Assembly (NCBI GenBank): GCA_016184305.1
Contig: JACPCX010000086.1
Location: forward strand, 1-21,677
DNA: 21,677 bases
Source of the DNA: Candidatus Rokuibacteriota bacterium
GTDB lineage: Bacteria > Methylomirabilota > Methylomirabilia > Rokubacteriales > CSP1-6
Direction of reading: 5' to 3'
A program made the translations under genes and the position numbers. Below the pieces are notes generated by a model that ran no database searches, was not told the DNA's origin, and worked only from the letters and a program-made list of their open reading frames with translations. This document shows positions 12,611-21,677 of this stretch, in pieces; positions within the stretch are counted from its first letter, which is position 1; every line of letters starts with the position of its first letter.

Positions 12611-13462
12611 CTAGATGGTCATGGCGCGGAGACGGGCCACCCGCTCCGGGATCGGTGGATGGGTCGAGAACAGCGTCGCCAGCCCCCCGCTGGTGAGGGG
12701 GTTGACGATGAACAGATGCGCCGTCGCGGGAGTCGCCTGCATCGGGACCATGCTGGCGGCCATCTCCATCTTCTCGAGCGCCTTGGCCAGGCCCCATGGC
12801 CGCCCGGCGATGCGGGCGCCGGTGGCGTCGGCGTGGAACTCGCGCGCCCGCGAGATGGCCATCTGGATGAGCATGGCGGCGATGGGCGCCAGTACGGCCA
12901 TGAAGAGCGCGCCGAACATCCCGCCGCCGGAGGGCTCCTCGTCGTCGCGACGACCCCCGCCGAACATGGCCGCCCACTGCGCCATGTGGGCCATGTAGGT
13001 GATGGCCCCCGCCAGCGTGGCCGAGATGGTCATGATGAGCGTGTCGCGGTTCTTGACGTGGGCGAGCTCATGGGCCAGGACGCCTTCCAGCTCCTCCTCG
13101 TCGAGGATGCGCGTGATCCCTTCCGTGACGGCCACGGCCGCGTGCTCGGGATTGCGGCCCGTCGCGAAGGCGTTGGGGGCCTCTCCTGGGATGATGTAGA
13201 CCCGCGGCATGGGCAGGCCCGCGCGCGTGGCCAGGTGGCGCACCACACGGTGCAGGCCGGGAGCCGTCGTCTCGTCCACCGGCTGGGCGCGATACATGGC
13301 CAGCACGATGCGGTCGGAGAACCAGTAGCTCCCGACGTTCATGGCCGTGGCCAGGACGAACGCCATGACCAACCCCTGCTGGCCGCCGAGGGCGCCCCCG
13401 ATGACGATGAGCAGGCTCGTCAGGAGTCCCAGGAGCACGGCGGTCTTGAAGATGTTTCCCAT
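12611..13462 (-). CDS. htpX: Zinc metalloprotease HtpX (M48)
   Basis: [32 protein letters not shown] (HExxH), [26 protein letters not shown]. Confidence 0.97.
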   Translation of the reverse strand: MGNIFKTAVLLGLLTSLLIVIGGALGGQQGLVMAFVLATAMNVGSYWFSDRIVLAMYRAQPVDETTAPGLHRVVRHLATRAGLPMPRVYIIPGEAPNAFATGRNPEHAAVAVTEGITRILDEEELEGVLAHELAHVKNRDTLIMTISATLAGAITYMAHMAQWAAMFGGGRRDDEEPSGGGMFGALFMAVLAPIAAMLIQMAISRAREFHADATGARIAGRPWGLAKALEKMEMAASMVPMQATPATAHLFIVNPLTSGGLATLFSTHPPIPERVARLRAMTI

Positions 13463-13483
13463 GGAATGTAACCTCCCGCCAAA

Positions 13484-13512
13484 ATGCTAACAGTTGGTCC
13501 TGAGACCGTCAA
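13484..13512 (-). promoter_or_regulatory. sigma70-type promoter for htpX
   Basis: Minus strand TTGACG (13512-13507), 17 nt ending in TGT, TAGCAT (13489-13484), then SD and ATG. Confidence 0.7.
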
Positions 13513-13583
13513 GCGACAGGGCCCCGCCCGGGGCGTTCTGGCAGACCGCGGAAGAACTCCGCAGGCCGCTCAAAAAGGTCCAG

Positions 13584-14162
13584 ATGCGAGGCGGCGCCCG
13601 ACGGCCGCACGCGAGGCGTACTCCGCTTGGCGAGCCGAGCCGGAGGCGAGGTGAGCGCATCCGGAGCGAGATCCCTGACGAGGGAATCCAGATCGAAGGG
13701 GTAGACTCCCTTTCCCACCCCTTCGAGGACCCCGCCTGGACGCTCGAGGAGCTGTCGCTCGCCATCGAGAAGGACGGCTCGGCGGTCTTCGTCACGGGGG
13801 CCCTGGCCGCACGGGTACCCCTCGTATGTGGGCGCTGCCTCGAGCCTTTCCAGCTGCGGATCGCGCCTGCGGTGGACGCCCGATTCGTGCCGAGCCCTCA
13901 GGGGCGGGCCGAGGAGCGGGAGCTCGGGGCGGATGACCTGGGTACCGATGTATACGAGCACGGCCTCCTCGACGTCGGGGCCCTCGTCGTCACGGAGACG
14001 ACCCTCGGTGTTCCGATGAAGCCGCTCTGCCGTGAGGACTGCCGCGGCCTCTGCCGCCTCTGCGGCGGCAACCGGAACCTCACGCCCTGCGCGTGCGAGG
14101 AGCGCATGCCCGATCCCCGGTGGGCGCCCCTCATGGGGCTGTCCGACCGGCTGTCACGGTAG
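13584..14162 (+). CDS. DUF177/YceD family protein; start uncertain
   Basis: EIPDEG.., CGRCLEP, PMKPLCREDCRGLCRLCGGNRN..C-C..DPRWAPL. Canonical position upstream of rpmF. The nearest in-frame ATG is 13584; the family-like sequence begins about 13656. Confidence 0.88.
   Translation: MRGGARRPHARRTPLGEPSRRRGERIRSEIPDEGIQIEGVDSLSHPFEDPAWTLEELSLAIEKDGSAVFVTGALAARVPLVCGRCLEPFQLRIAPAVDARFVPSPQGRAEERELGADDLGTDVYEHGLLDVGALVVTETTLGVPMKPLCREDCRGLCRLCGGNRNLTPCACEERMPDPRWAPLMGLSDRLSR
13627..13657 (+). repeat. Short dispersed repeat, copy 1
   Basis: TTGGCGAGCCG-AGCCGGAGGCGAGGTGAGCG aligns at 27/32 with 17388-17419. Confidence 0.55.
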
Positions 14163-14224
14163 CCTCCGCGGGAACCCAACCGCGCGGGCCAGAGCCCGCG
14201 CGGGGATACAGGAGCCAGACACTC

Positions 14225-14407
14225 ATGCCACTGCCCAAGCGACGCCACTCGAAGACGCGCGGCCGGAAGCGCCGGACGCATTACAAGATGGCCGCGCCGA
14301 CGCGCTCCATCTGCCCTCAGTGCCGGGAGGTCAAGGTCCCGCACCAGCTCTGCCCGCACTGCGGCTTCTACAAGGGGCGGGAAGTCATCTCCATCGAAGG
14401 GGAGTAG
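14225..14407 (+). CDS. rpmF: 50S ribosomal protein L32 (Zn-ribbon form)
   Basis: MPLPKRRHSKTRGRKRRTH..CPQC..HQLCPHCGFYKGREV. SD AGGAG. Confidence 0.98.
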   Translation: MPLPKRRHSKTRGRKRRTHYKMAAPTRSICPQCREVKVPHQLCPHCGFYKGREVISIEGE

Positions 14408-14431
14408 TCTCCGCATCTCCGGGGTCCGCCC

Positions 14432-15457
14432 ATGAAAATCGCGCTCGATGCCATGGGGGGCGACTTCGGGCCCGCGGTTGTCGTCGAAGGTGCCGTGGCC
14501 GCGGCCCGCGAATTCGGTCTCGCCTCCGTGCTCGTTGGAGACAAGGCCTCCATCGAGCGGGAGATCATCCGGCTCAAGGCCCAGGACCTCCCCGTCGCCA
14601 TCCGGCATGCCTCGCAGGTCGTCGGCATGGCGGAGGCGCCCTCCCAGGCCCTCCGGCGCAAGCGGGACTCCTCCCTCCGCGTCGCCGCCGAGCTGGTCAA
14701 GGAGGGCGAGTGCAGCGCCCTTGTCTCGGCCGGCAACACCGGCGCCGCCATGGCCATCGGCATGTACGTCCTCGGTGTGCTCCCCGGCGTGGACCGGCCT
14801 GCCATCGCCGCCGCGCTCCCGAGCCTGTCCGGCTTCACCGTGCTCATCGACGCGGGCGCCAACGTGGACCCCAAGCCCCGCCACCTCTTCCAGTGGGCCG
14901 TCATGGGCCACGTCTACTCGCGCGACATCATCGGCAAGGACAACCCGCGGGTCGGGATCCTGTCGGTGGGGGAGGAGGAGGGGAAGGGCAACGATCTGGT
15001 CAAGGAGACGTACGAGGCCCTCAAGGGGTCCTCGCTGAACTTCATCGGCAACGTCGAGGGGCGCGACATCTACAACGGGCGCTGTGACGTGGTGGTCACC
15101 GACGGCTTCACCGGCAACGTGTGCCTGAAGATCTCGGAGAGCCTGGCCGAGATGCTGACCTCCATGATCCGCGAGGAGCTCACGCGCGATTTCTTCTCGA
15201 AGGCGGGCGCCGCGCTGTCCCGCGCGGCCTTCGCGCGCATGAAGCGCCGGGTGGACTACACCGAGATGGGCGGGGCGCCGCTGCTGGGGATCAACGGCGC
15301 CTCGATCATCTGCCACGGGGCCTCGCCCGTGAAGGCCATCAAGAACGCCCTGCGCGTGGCGGCCGAGTGGGTGAAGACCGACGTCAACGCCCACATCAAG
15401 ACGGCGCTCGAGGCCGAAGCGCTGCTGGCCGAAGGGCGGGAGGGGGGACGCGAATGA
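14432..15457 (+). CDS. plsX: Phosphate acyltransferase PlsX
   Basis: IALDAMGGDFGP, VSAGNTGA, DRPAI, DAGANVD, GEEEGKGN, GNVEGRD, DGFTGNV, GGAPLLG. Confidence 0.98.
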   Translation: MKIALDAMGGDFGPAVVVEGAVAAAREFGLASVLVGDKASIEREIIRLKAQDLPVAIRHASQVVGMAEAPSQALRRKRDSSLRVAAELVKEGECSALVSAGNTGAAMAIGMYVLGVLPGVDRPAIAAALPSLSGFTVLIDAGANVDPKPRHLFQWAVMGHVYSRDIIGKDNPRVGILSVGEEEGKGNDLVKETYEALKGSSLNFIGNVEGRDIYNGRCDVVVTDGFTGNVCLKISESLAEMLTSMIREELTRDFFSKAGAALSRAAFARMKRRVDYTEMGGAPLLGINGASIICHGASPVKAIKNALRVAAEWVKTDVNAHIKTALEAEALLAEGREGGRE

Positions 15458-16434
15458 AGCGCGCGAAGATCATCGGCGTCGGCGCCTACGCTCCCAGGCG
15501 GGTCCTGACCAATCCGGAGCTCGAGAAGATGGTCGCGACCTCGGACGAATGGATCGTCCAGCGCACGGGCATCCGGGAGCGGCGGATCGCCGACCCGAGC
15601 GAGGCCACCTCCGACCTGGCCCTCCGCGCCGCGCAGCAGGCCCTCGAGCGGGCCGGGGTGGAGCCGGGGGAGATCGACCTGATCGTCGTCGGCACCACGA
15701 CGGGGGACATGGCCTTCCCCACCACGGCCAACATCATCCAGCACCGGCTCGGCTGCCGGAACGCGGGCTCCACGGACGTGTACGCCGCGTGCTCCGGCTC
15801 CATCTACAGCCTCTCCATCGGCTCCCAGTACATCCAGACGGGCAAGTACCGCACCGTGCTCTGCATCGGGGCCGAGTGTCTGTCGCGCATCACCGACTAT
15901 ACCGACCGGGGCACCTGCCTCCTCCTGGCCGACGCCGCCGGCGCGGCCGTGCTGCGCGCCTCCGACGACGAGTCCGGCATCATCGATACGGATCTCTACT
16001 CCGACGGCCGCTACTGGGAATTGCTCTACCAGCCCGCGGGCGGGTCGCGCCACCCCGCCACCCACGAAACGGTGGACAAGCGGATGCACTACGCAAAGAT
16101 GAAGGGCAACGAGGTCTTCAAGGTGGCGGTACGGATGTTCCAGGACTGCGCGGAGCGGATTCTGCAGCGCAACGGCCTCACGCCCGACGACCTGACGCTC
16201 TTCATCCCCCACCAGGCCAACCTGCGCATCATCGAGGCGGCGGTGAAACGCCTCAAGCTGCCCATGGAGAAGGTGTTCGTCAACGTGGACCGTTACGGCA
16301 ATACGGGCGCGGCCTCCGTCTACGTGGCCATGGAGGAGGCGTGGGCCACGAAGCGCATGAGCGCGGGCGACCTGGTCCTGCTGGCGGCCTTCGGGGGCGG
16401 CTTCACCTGGGGCGCCGCGCTCATCCGCTGGTGA
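15454..16434 (+). CDS. fabH: 3-oxoacyl-ACP synthase III
   Basis: TSDEWIVQRTGIRERR, AACSG (Cys), HQANLRII (His), YGNTGAAS (Asn), FGGGFTWG. The start overlaps the plsX stop. Confidence 0.97.
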   Translation: MKRAKIIGVGAYAPRRVLTNPELEKMVATSDEWIVQRTGIRERRIADPSEATSDLALRAAQQALERAGVEPGEIDLIVVGTTTGDMAFPTTANIIQHRLGCRNAGSTDVYAACSGSIYSLSIGSQYIQTGKYRTVLCIGAECLSRITDYTDRGTCLLLADAAGAAVLRASDDESGIIDTDLYSDGRYWELLYQPAGGSRHPATHETVDKRMHYAKMKGNEVFKVAVRMFQDCAERILQRNGLTPDDLTLFIPHQANLRIIEAAVKRLKLPMEKVFVNVDRYGNTGAASVYVAMEEAWATKRMSAGDLVLLAAFGGGFTWGAALIRW

Positions 16435-16441
16435 GCCGCCC

Positions 16442-17467
16442 GTGAAGATCGCCTTCCTCTTCCCGGGCCAGGGCTCCCAGTCAGTTGGCATGGGCCGGGA
16501 ACTCACCGTCGCCTCCCGGGCGGCGGCCGCCGTGTTTCAGGAGGCCGACGACGCGCTGGGATTCCCCCTGTCGCGCCTCTGCTTCGAGGGGCCCGAGACC
16601 GACCTCGCCCTCACCGCCAACACCCAGCCCGCCGTCCTGACGGCGAGCGTGGCGGCCGCCGCGGTCCTGGCCGAGCGAGGCGTGACGCCGCAGCTGGCCG
16701 CCGGACACAGCCTCGGGGAATACTCGGCGCTGGTCGTGGCGGGCGCGCTCCGCTTCGCCGACGCCGTGCGAGTGGTGCGCAGGCGCGGCGAGTTCATGCA
16801 GGAGGCCGTGTCCGTGGGTGTGGGGGCCATGGCCGCTCTGCTGGGCGTCGAGCTGTCGGTGGCGGAAGAGGTGTGCGCCGAGGCCGCGCAGGGAGAGGTC
16901 GTCGGGGTGGCGAACATCAACTCCCCCGGGCAGATCGTGATCGCCGGGCATCGAGGAGCCGTGGAGCGGGCGGTGCGCGGCGCTGCTGCGCGGGGCGGCC
17001 GGAAGAGCGTGATCCTCCCCGTCAGCGCGCCGTTTCACTCGGCCCTCATGAAGCCGGCGGCCGACCGGCTCGCGGTCGAGCTCGACTCGGTCCAGGTTCT
17101 CGCCCCGCGGATCCCGGTGGCGCGCAACGTCGATGCGGGCCTCACCACCACCGCCGACGAGGTCAAGCCCTTCCTCGTCCGGCAGGTCCAGAGTCCGGTC
17201 CGCTGGACCGACTGCCTCGAGCGCCTGGCCCGCGAGGGGACCACCGCGTACGTGGAGGTGGGGCCGGGGCGCGTGCTCACCGGGCTCCTCAAGCGCAACC
17301 TGGATGGGACGCGAGGGCTTGCGGTCGAGGACCCGGCCTCGCTCGAGAAAACGCTGGCCGCTCTGACCCTGGCCGGTCTGACCAAGGTTGGCGAGGCGCA
17401 GCCGAAGGCGAGCCGAGCGGATATGGAAATCCCCCGAGCGGAGCGAGGCGGCGGGGAGAGCGCGTGA
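16442..17467 (+). CDS. fabD: Malonyl-CoA:ACP transacylase with a C-terminal extension
   Basis: FLFPGQGSQ, NTQPA, GHSLGEY, VSAPFHS, SPVRW, EVGPGRVLTGL. Confidence 0.97.
   Translation: MKIAFLFPGQGSQSVGMGRELTVASRAAAAVFQEADDALGFPLSRLCFEGPETDLALTANTQPAVLTASVAAAAVLAERGVTPQLAAGHSLGEYSALVVAGALRFADAVRVVRRRGEFMQEAVSVGVGAMAALLGVELSVAEEVCAEAAQGEVVGVANINSPGQIVIAGHRGAVERAVRGAAARGGRKSVILPVSAPFHSALMKPAADRLAVELDSVQVLAPRIPVARNVDAGLTTTADEVKPFLVRQVQSPVRWTDCLERLAREGTTAYVEVGPGRVLTGLLKRNLDGTRGLAVEDPASLEKTLAALTLAGLTKVGEAQPKASRADMEIPRAERGGGESA
17388..17419 (+). repeat. Short dispersed repeat, copy 2 (inside the fabD 3' extension)
   Basis: TTGGCGAGGCGCAGCCGAAGGCGAGCCGAGCG matches 13627-13657 at 27/32. Confidence 0.55.
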
Positions 17468-18216
17468 CCGACGCCAAGGCCCTGGCGGGGCGCGTCGCCC
17501 TCGTGACCGGTGGCAGTCGCGGCATCGGGCTGGCCATCGCCCGCTTGCTGGCAGAAGACGGGGCTTCCGTGGTAGTCTCTGGCCGCGATTCGGGCCGGCT
17601 CGACGCCGCGGCCAAGGAGCTGGAGGCGCTGGGCGGCCCCGTCCTGGCCGTCGTCGCGGACGCGGCCAAGCGCGAGGATGCGGACCGGCTCGTGGCTGCG
17701 GCCCGGGAGCGGTTCGGGCGCATCGACGTTCTCGTGAACAATGCCGGCATCACGCGGGACCAGCTGCTCGTCCGCATGAAGGATGACGACTGGGACCAGG
17801 TCGTGGACACCAACCTGCGGGGGGTGTTCCTGATGACGCGGGCCGTGGCGAAGGTGATGATGCGGCAGAAGAGCGGGCGCATCATCAACATCTCCTCCAC
17901 GGCCGGCGCCATGGGCAATGCCGGGCAGGTGAACTACTCGGCCGCGAAAGCAGGGGTCATCGGGCTCACGAAGGCCGCCGCGCGCGAACTCGCCCACTGG
18001 AACGTCCTGGTGAATGTCGTGGCGCCGGGGCTGATCGACACCGACATGGCGGCCTCGATCCCGGCGGAGGCCCGGGAGGCGCTGCTCCAGCAGGTGCCGC
18101 TCAGGCGAATGGGCGCCGCGCGGGAGATCGCCGAGGCCGTGCGGTTTCTGGCGGGCGACGGCGCCGCGTACATCACGGGACAGAGCATCCACGTCAACGG
18201 CGGTCTGTACATGTAG
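17464..18216 (+). CDS. fabG: 3-oxoacyl-ACP reductase
   Basis: [25 protein letters not shown] (YxxxK), [15 protein letters not shown]. The GTG start overlaps the fabD stop. Confidence 0.97.
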   Translation: MTDAKALAGRVALVTGGSRGIGLAIARLLAEDGASVVVSGRDSGRLDAAAKELEALGGPVLAVVADAAKREDADRLVAAARERFGRIDVLVNNAGITRDQLLVRMKDDDWDQVVDTNLRGVFLMTRAVAKVMMRQKSGRIINISSTAGAMGNAGQVNYSAAKAGVIGLTKAAARELAHWNVLVNVVAPGLIDTDMAASIPAEAREALLQQVPLRRMGAAREIAEAVRFLAGDGAAYITGQSIHVNGGLYM

Positions 18217-18292
18217 CGCCTGGAGCGCCGCGGCAGTGCCGCGGCAGGCAGTGGGCTTTCACGCACGTCAGCCGTGCCATGAGGAGGTGTTG

Positions 18293-18529
18293 ATGTCCAA
18301 GCCAGTCGAAGAGCGGGTCCGGGAGATCATCAGCGAAAATCTCGGAGTCAGGCCGGACGAGATCACCATGGAGGCGAAGTTCATCGAGGATCTGAACGCC
18401 GACTCCCTCGACACGGTGGAGCTGGTGATGGCGTTCGAGGAGGAGTTCGGCCTCGAGATCCCGGATGAGGACGCGGAGAAGATCACCACGGTCGGAGACG
18501 CCATCCGCTACATCAAAGAGAAGGCGTGA
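18293..18529 (+). CDS. acpP: Acyl carrier protein
   Basis: [51 protein letters not shown]. Confidence 0.98.
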   Translation: MSKPVEERVREIISENLGVRPDEITMEAKFIEDLNADSLDTVELVMAFEEEFGLEIPDEDAEKITTVGDAIRYIKEKA

Positions 18530-18557
18530 CAACGGGGCGTCTCGGCGAGGGCGATCG

Positions 18558-19802
<1,245 letters not shown>

Positions 19803-20252
19803 GTGGCGCCGCCGGCTGATCTGCTGGTGGCCGTGGAGGCGCGTCTCGGCCACGCCTTCGGGGACCGCAACCTCCTCCTGCAGGCCCTGACCCACAGCTC
19901 CTACGCCAACGAGCACCCGTCGACCCACGACAACGAGGGGCTGGCGTTCCTCGGCGATGCCGTCCTCCAGCTCGTCGTCACCGAACAGCTCTGGCAGGCC
20001 ACGCCGGGCGATGCCGTCGGCGTCCTGACTCCCCGGCGCGCGGAGATGGTCTCGGGCGTGAGTCTCGCCCGCTGGGCCGCGCGGCTCGAGCTGGGCCCGC
20101 TCCTCCGTCTGGGCCGGGGCGAGCAGCAGCAGGGCGGGCAGGTCAAGGAATCGGTGCTCGCGACGGCGCTCGAGGCGGTGCTCGGCGCGCTGTACCTCGA
20201 AGGCGGTTTGCCCGTGGCGCGGCGAGTGGTCGCCTCCCTGGCCCTATGGTAG
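19803..20252 (+). CDS. rnc: Ribonuclease III-family protein, nuclease domain only (no dsRBD), altered signature
   Basis: ALTHSSYANE..NEGLAFLGDAVL..LRLGRGE..ESVLATALEAVLGALYLEGG. 149 aa, at the rnc position after fabF. Confidence 0.85.
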   Translation: MAPPADLLVAVEARLGHAFGDRNLLLQALTHSSYANEHPSTHDNEGLAFLGDAVLQLVVTEQLWQATPGDAVGVLTPRRAEMVSGVSLARWAARLELGPLLRLGRGEQQQGGQVKESVLATALEAVLGALYLEGGLPVARRVVASLALW

Positions 20253-20261
20253 CGTGAAGCC

Positions 20262-21416
20262 ATGCCGCTCTGGCCGTTCCGCCGCCGCGGGCGAGTCGCC
20301 GCCAGCGCCCTCTCTCCGGATGCGCTTCTCGTCACCGAGGATCTCCTGCGGCGCAACGTGGAGGACATCTTCATCGTCCGGGAGCGCGGGAGCCGGGGGC
20401 ACGCCTTCCTCTTCGGCGGCGAGCTGCTGCTGGAGCCGCCGCGGGCGCTCACCCTGCTGGAGGCGCGGCTCAAGCCGCTCGGGTACACGCCCTTCCTGGT
20501 GCGCGACCGCGGGCTGATGTGGATCCAGGCCCTGCCGCTGGGGGACGTGACTTCGCCCGCGCGCCCCGCCGTGAACGTGGTCCTGTTCCTGCTCACCCTG
20601 CTCTCCACGCTCATGGCGGGGTCGCTCGTGGCGGGCTCGCTGCCCTTCGTGACCTTCGATCCGCGGCTGGAGCCGCACCGTCTGCTCGACGGCCTGCCGT
20701 TCGCCGCCACGCTGCTCGGCATCCTCGGCACCCACGAGTTCGGCCACTACTTCACGGCCCGCGCGTACGGGGCCTCCGTGAGCCTGCCCTACTTCATCCC
20801 GGCGCCGCCGCCGCTCTTCCTCTTCGGGACCCTCGGCGCGGTGATCCGCATGCGCTCGCCCGTGCGCGACCGGAACTCGCTCTTCGACATCGCGGTTGCA
20901 GGTCCCCTGGCTGGGCTGGTGGTGGCGATCCCGGCGCTGTGGCTGGGGCTCGGGTGGTCGCGCGTCGGGGTCGTGCCCGACAGCGGGGCCATGGCCTTCG
21001 GCGACTCGCTTCTCCTGCGGGCCATGACCTACCTCATGTTCGGGCGGATCCCGGAGGGGATGGACGTGTTCATCCACCCCGTGGCTCTCGCCGGCTGGGT
21101 GGGGCTGTTCGTCACCGCGCTCAACCTGTTCCCGGTGGGGCAGCTGGACGGAGGGCGGATCGCCTACGCACTCTTCGGCGTGCAGCACCGGCGGGTCTCG
21201 GTGGGCACCGTGCTCGCGCTGCTCCTGCTCGGGGCCGTGACCGGCTCGGCCAACTGGTTCGTCTTCGCCGGCCTCGTCACGTTCCTCATCGGCTTCCACC
21301 ACGCCCCGCCGCTCGACGACCTCACCCCGCTGAGCCCCGGCCGCTACGCGGTCGGGCTCTTCTGCCTCCTCCTGCTGGTGCTGCTGATTCCCCCCGTCCC
21401 GATCCAGATGAACTGA
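20262..21416 (+). CDS. Site-2 protease family (M50) membrane metalloprotease
   Basis: HEFGH (HExxH), [36 protein letters not shown]. Soluble N-terminal domain followed by multiple TMs. Confidence 0.93.
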   Translation: MPLWPFRRRGRVAASALSPDALLVTEDLLRRNVEDIFIVRERGSRGHAFLFGGELLLEPPRALTLLEARLKPLGYTPFLVRDRGLMWIQALPLGDVTSPARPAVNVVLFLLTLLSTLMAGSLVAGSLPFVTFDPRLEPHRLLDGLPFAATLLGILGTHEFGHYFTARAYGASVSLPYFIPAPPPLFLFGTLGAVIRMRSPVRDRNSLFDIAVAGPLAGLVVAIPALWLGLGWSRVGVVPDSGAMAFGDSLLLRAMTYLMFGRIPEGMDVFIHPVALAGWVGLFVTALNLFPVGQLDGGRIAYALFGVQHRRVSVGTVLALLLLGAVTGSANWFVFAGLVTFLIGFHHAPPLDDLTPLSPGRYAVGLFCLLLLVLLIPPVPIQMN

Positions 21417-21677
21417 TGAGGTATGGACTGCAGAACGTCATCAATCTGCAGGTCTCGCCGGTGGAGGGGTGTGTCAAGATCGACGACACGGTCCCGGGCG
21501 TCGAGGAGGGGCTCAACGCGGGGATGTGGAGCATCGGGCTTGCCATGAGCGGCAACGAGCTCGACCTGTACACCCACCACGCGACCCAGGAGCAGGACAA
21601 CACGCCCTTCACGCCGGCCGTGCAGGTGCTCTGCGCCATGGAGCAGGCGCTCGCGGAGCTCGAGACGGAAGGCGTGG
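21416..21677 (+). pseudogene. Chimeric ORF: phosphonoacetaldehyde hydrolase (PhnX)-like fragment fused in frame to a 2-aminoethylphosphonate aminotransferase (PhnW)-like fragment; runs off the window
   Basis: Manual translation from ATG 21416 gives [87 protein letters not shown]. Confidence 0.75.

Noticed and set aside
15915..15950. FabH LLADAAGA in place of the usual FGDGAGA
   Set aside because: The Cys-His-Asn triad is intact, so this is treated as ordinary divergence.

Overview
GC-rich bacterial chromosomal window, mostly housekeeping genes; a Methylomirabilota/Rokubacteria-like origin is only my impression and is unverified. The minus-strand block, read right to left, is htpX, a complete System I cytochrome c maturation operon (ccmA-B-C-D-E-F-G-H plus a CcmI-like TPR protein), an Fe3+ ABC substrate-binding protein and permease with no adjacent ATPase, a decayed partial copy of ligA, bacterioferritin, and ligA running off the left edge. 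The plus-strand block is the classic yceD-rpmF-plsX-fabH-fabD-fabG-acpP-fabF-rnc cluster, an M50 site-2 protease, and a chimeric phnX'/'phnW-like ORF running off the right edge. I see no clearly novel multi-gene system, CRISPR array, tRNA/rRNA or transposase. The best oddities are: (1) a dsRBD-less RNase III with Mini-III-like active-site residues on a class I scaffold; (2) a CcmG with a CX3C (CYPAC) active site; (3) a DtxR/IdeR-like operator over the -10 of the iron transporter promoter; (4) a ~94% identical, internally deleted ligA duplicate bracketing bfr; (5) the in-frame PhnX/PhnW chimera; (6) short repeats at gene termini and between ccmH and ccmI; (7) a probable CTG start for the iron permease.
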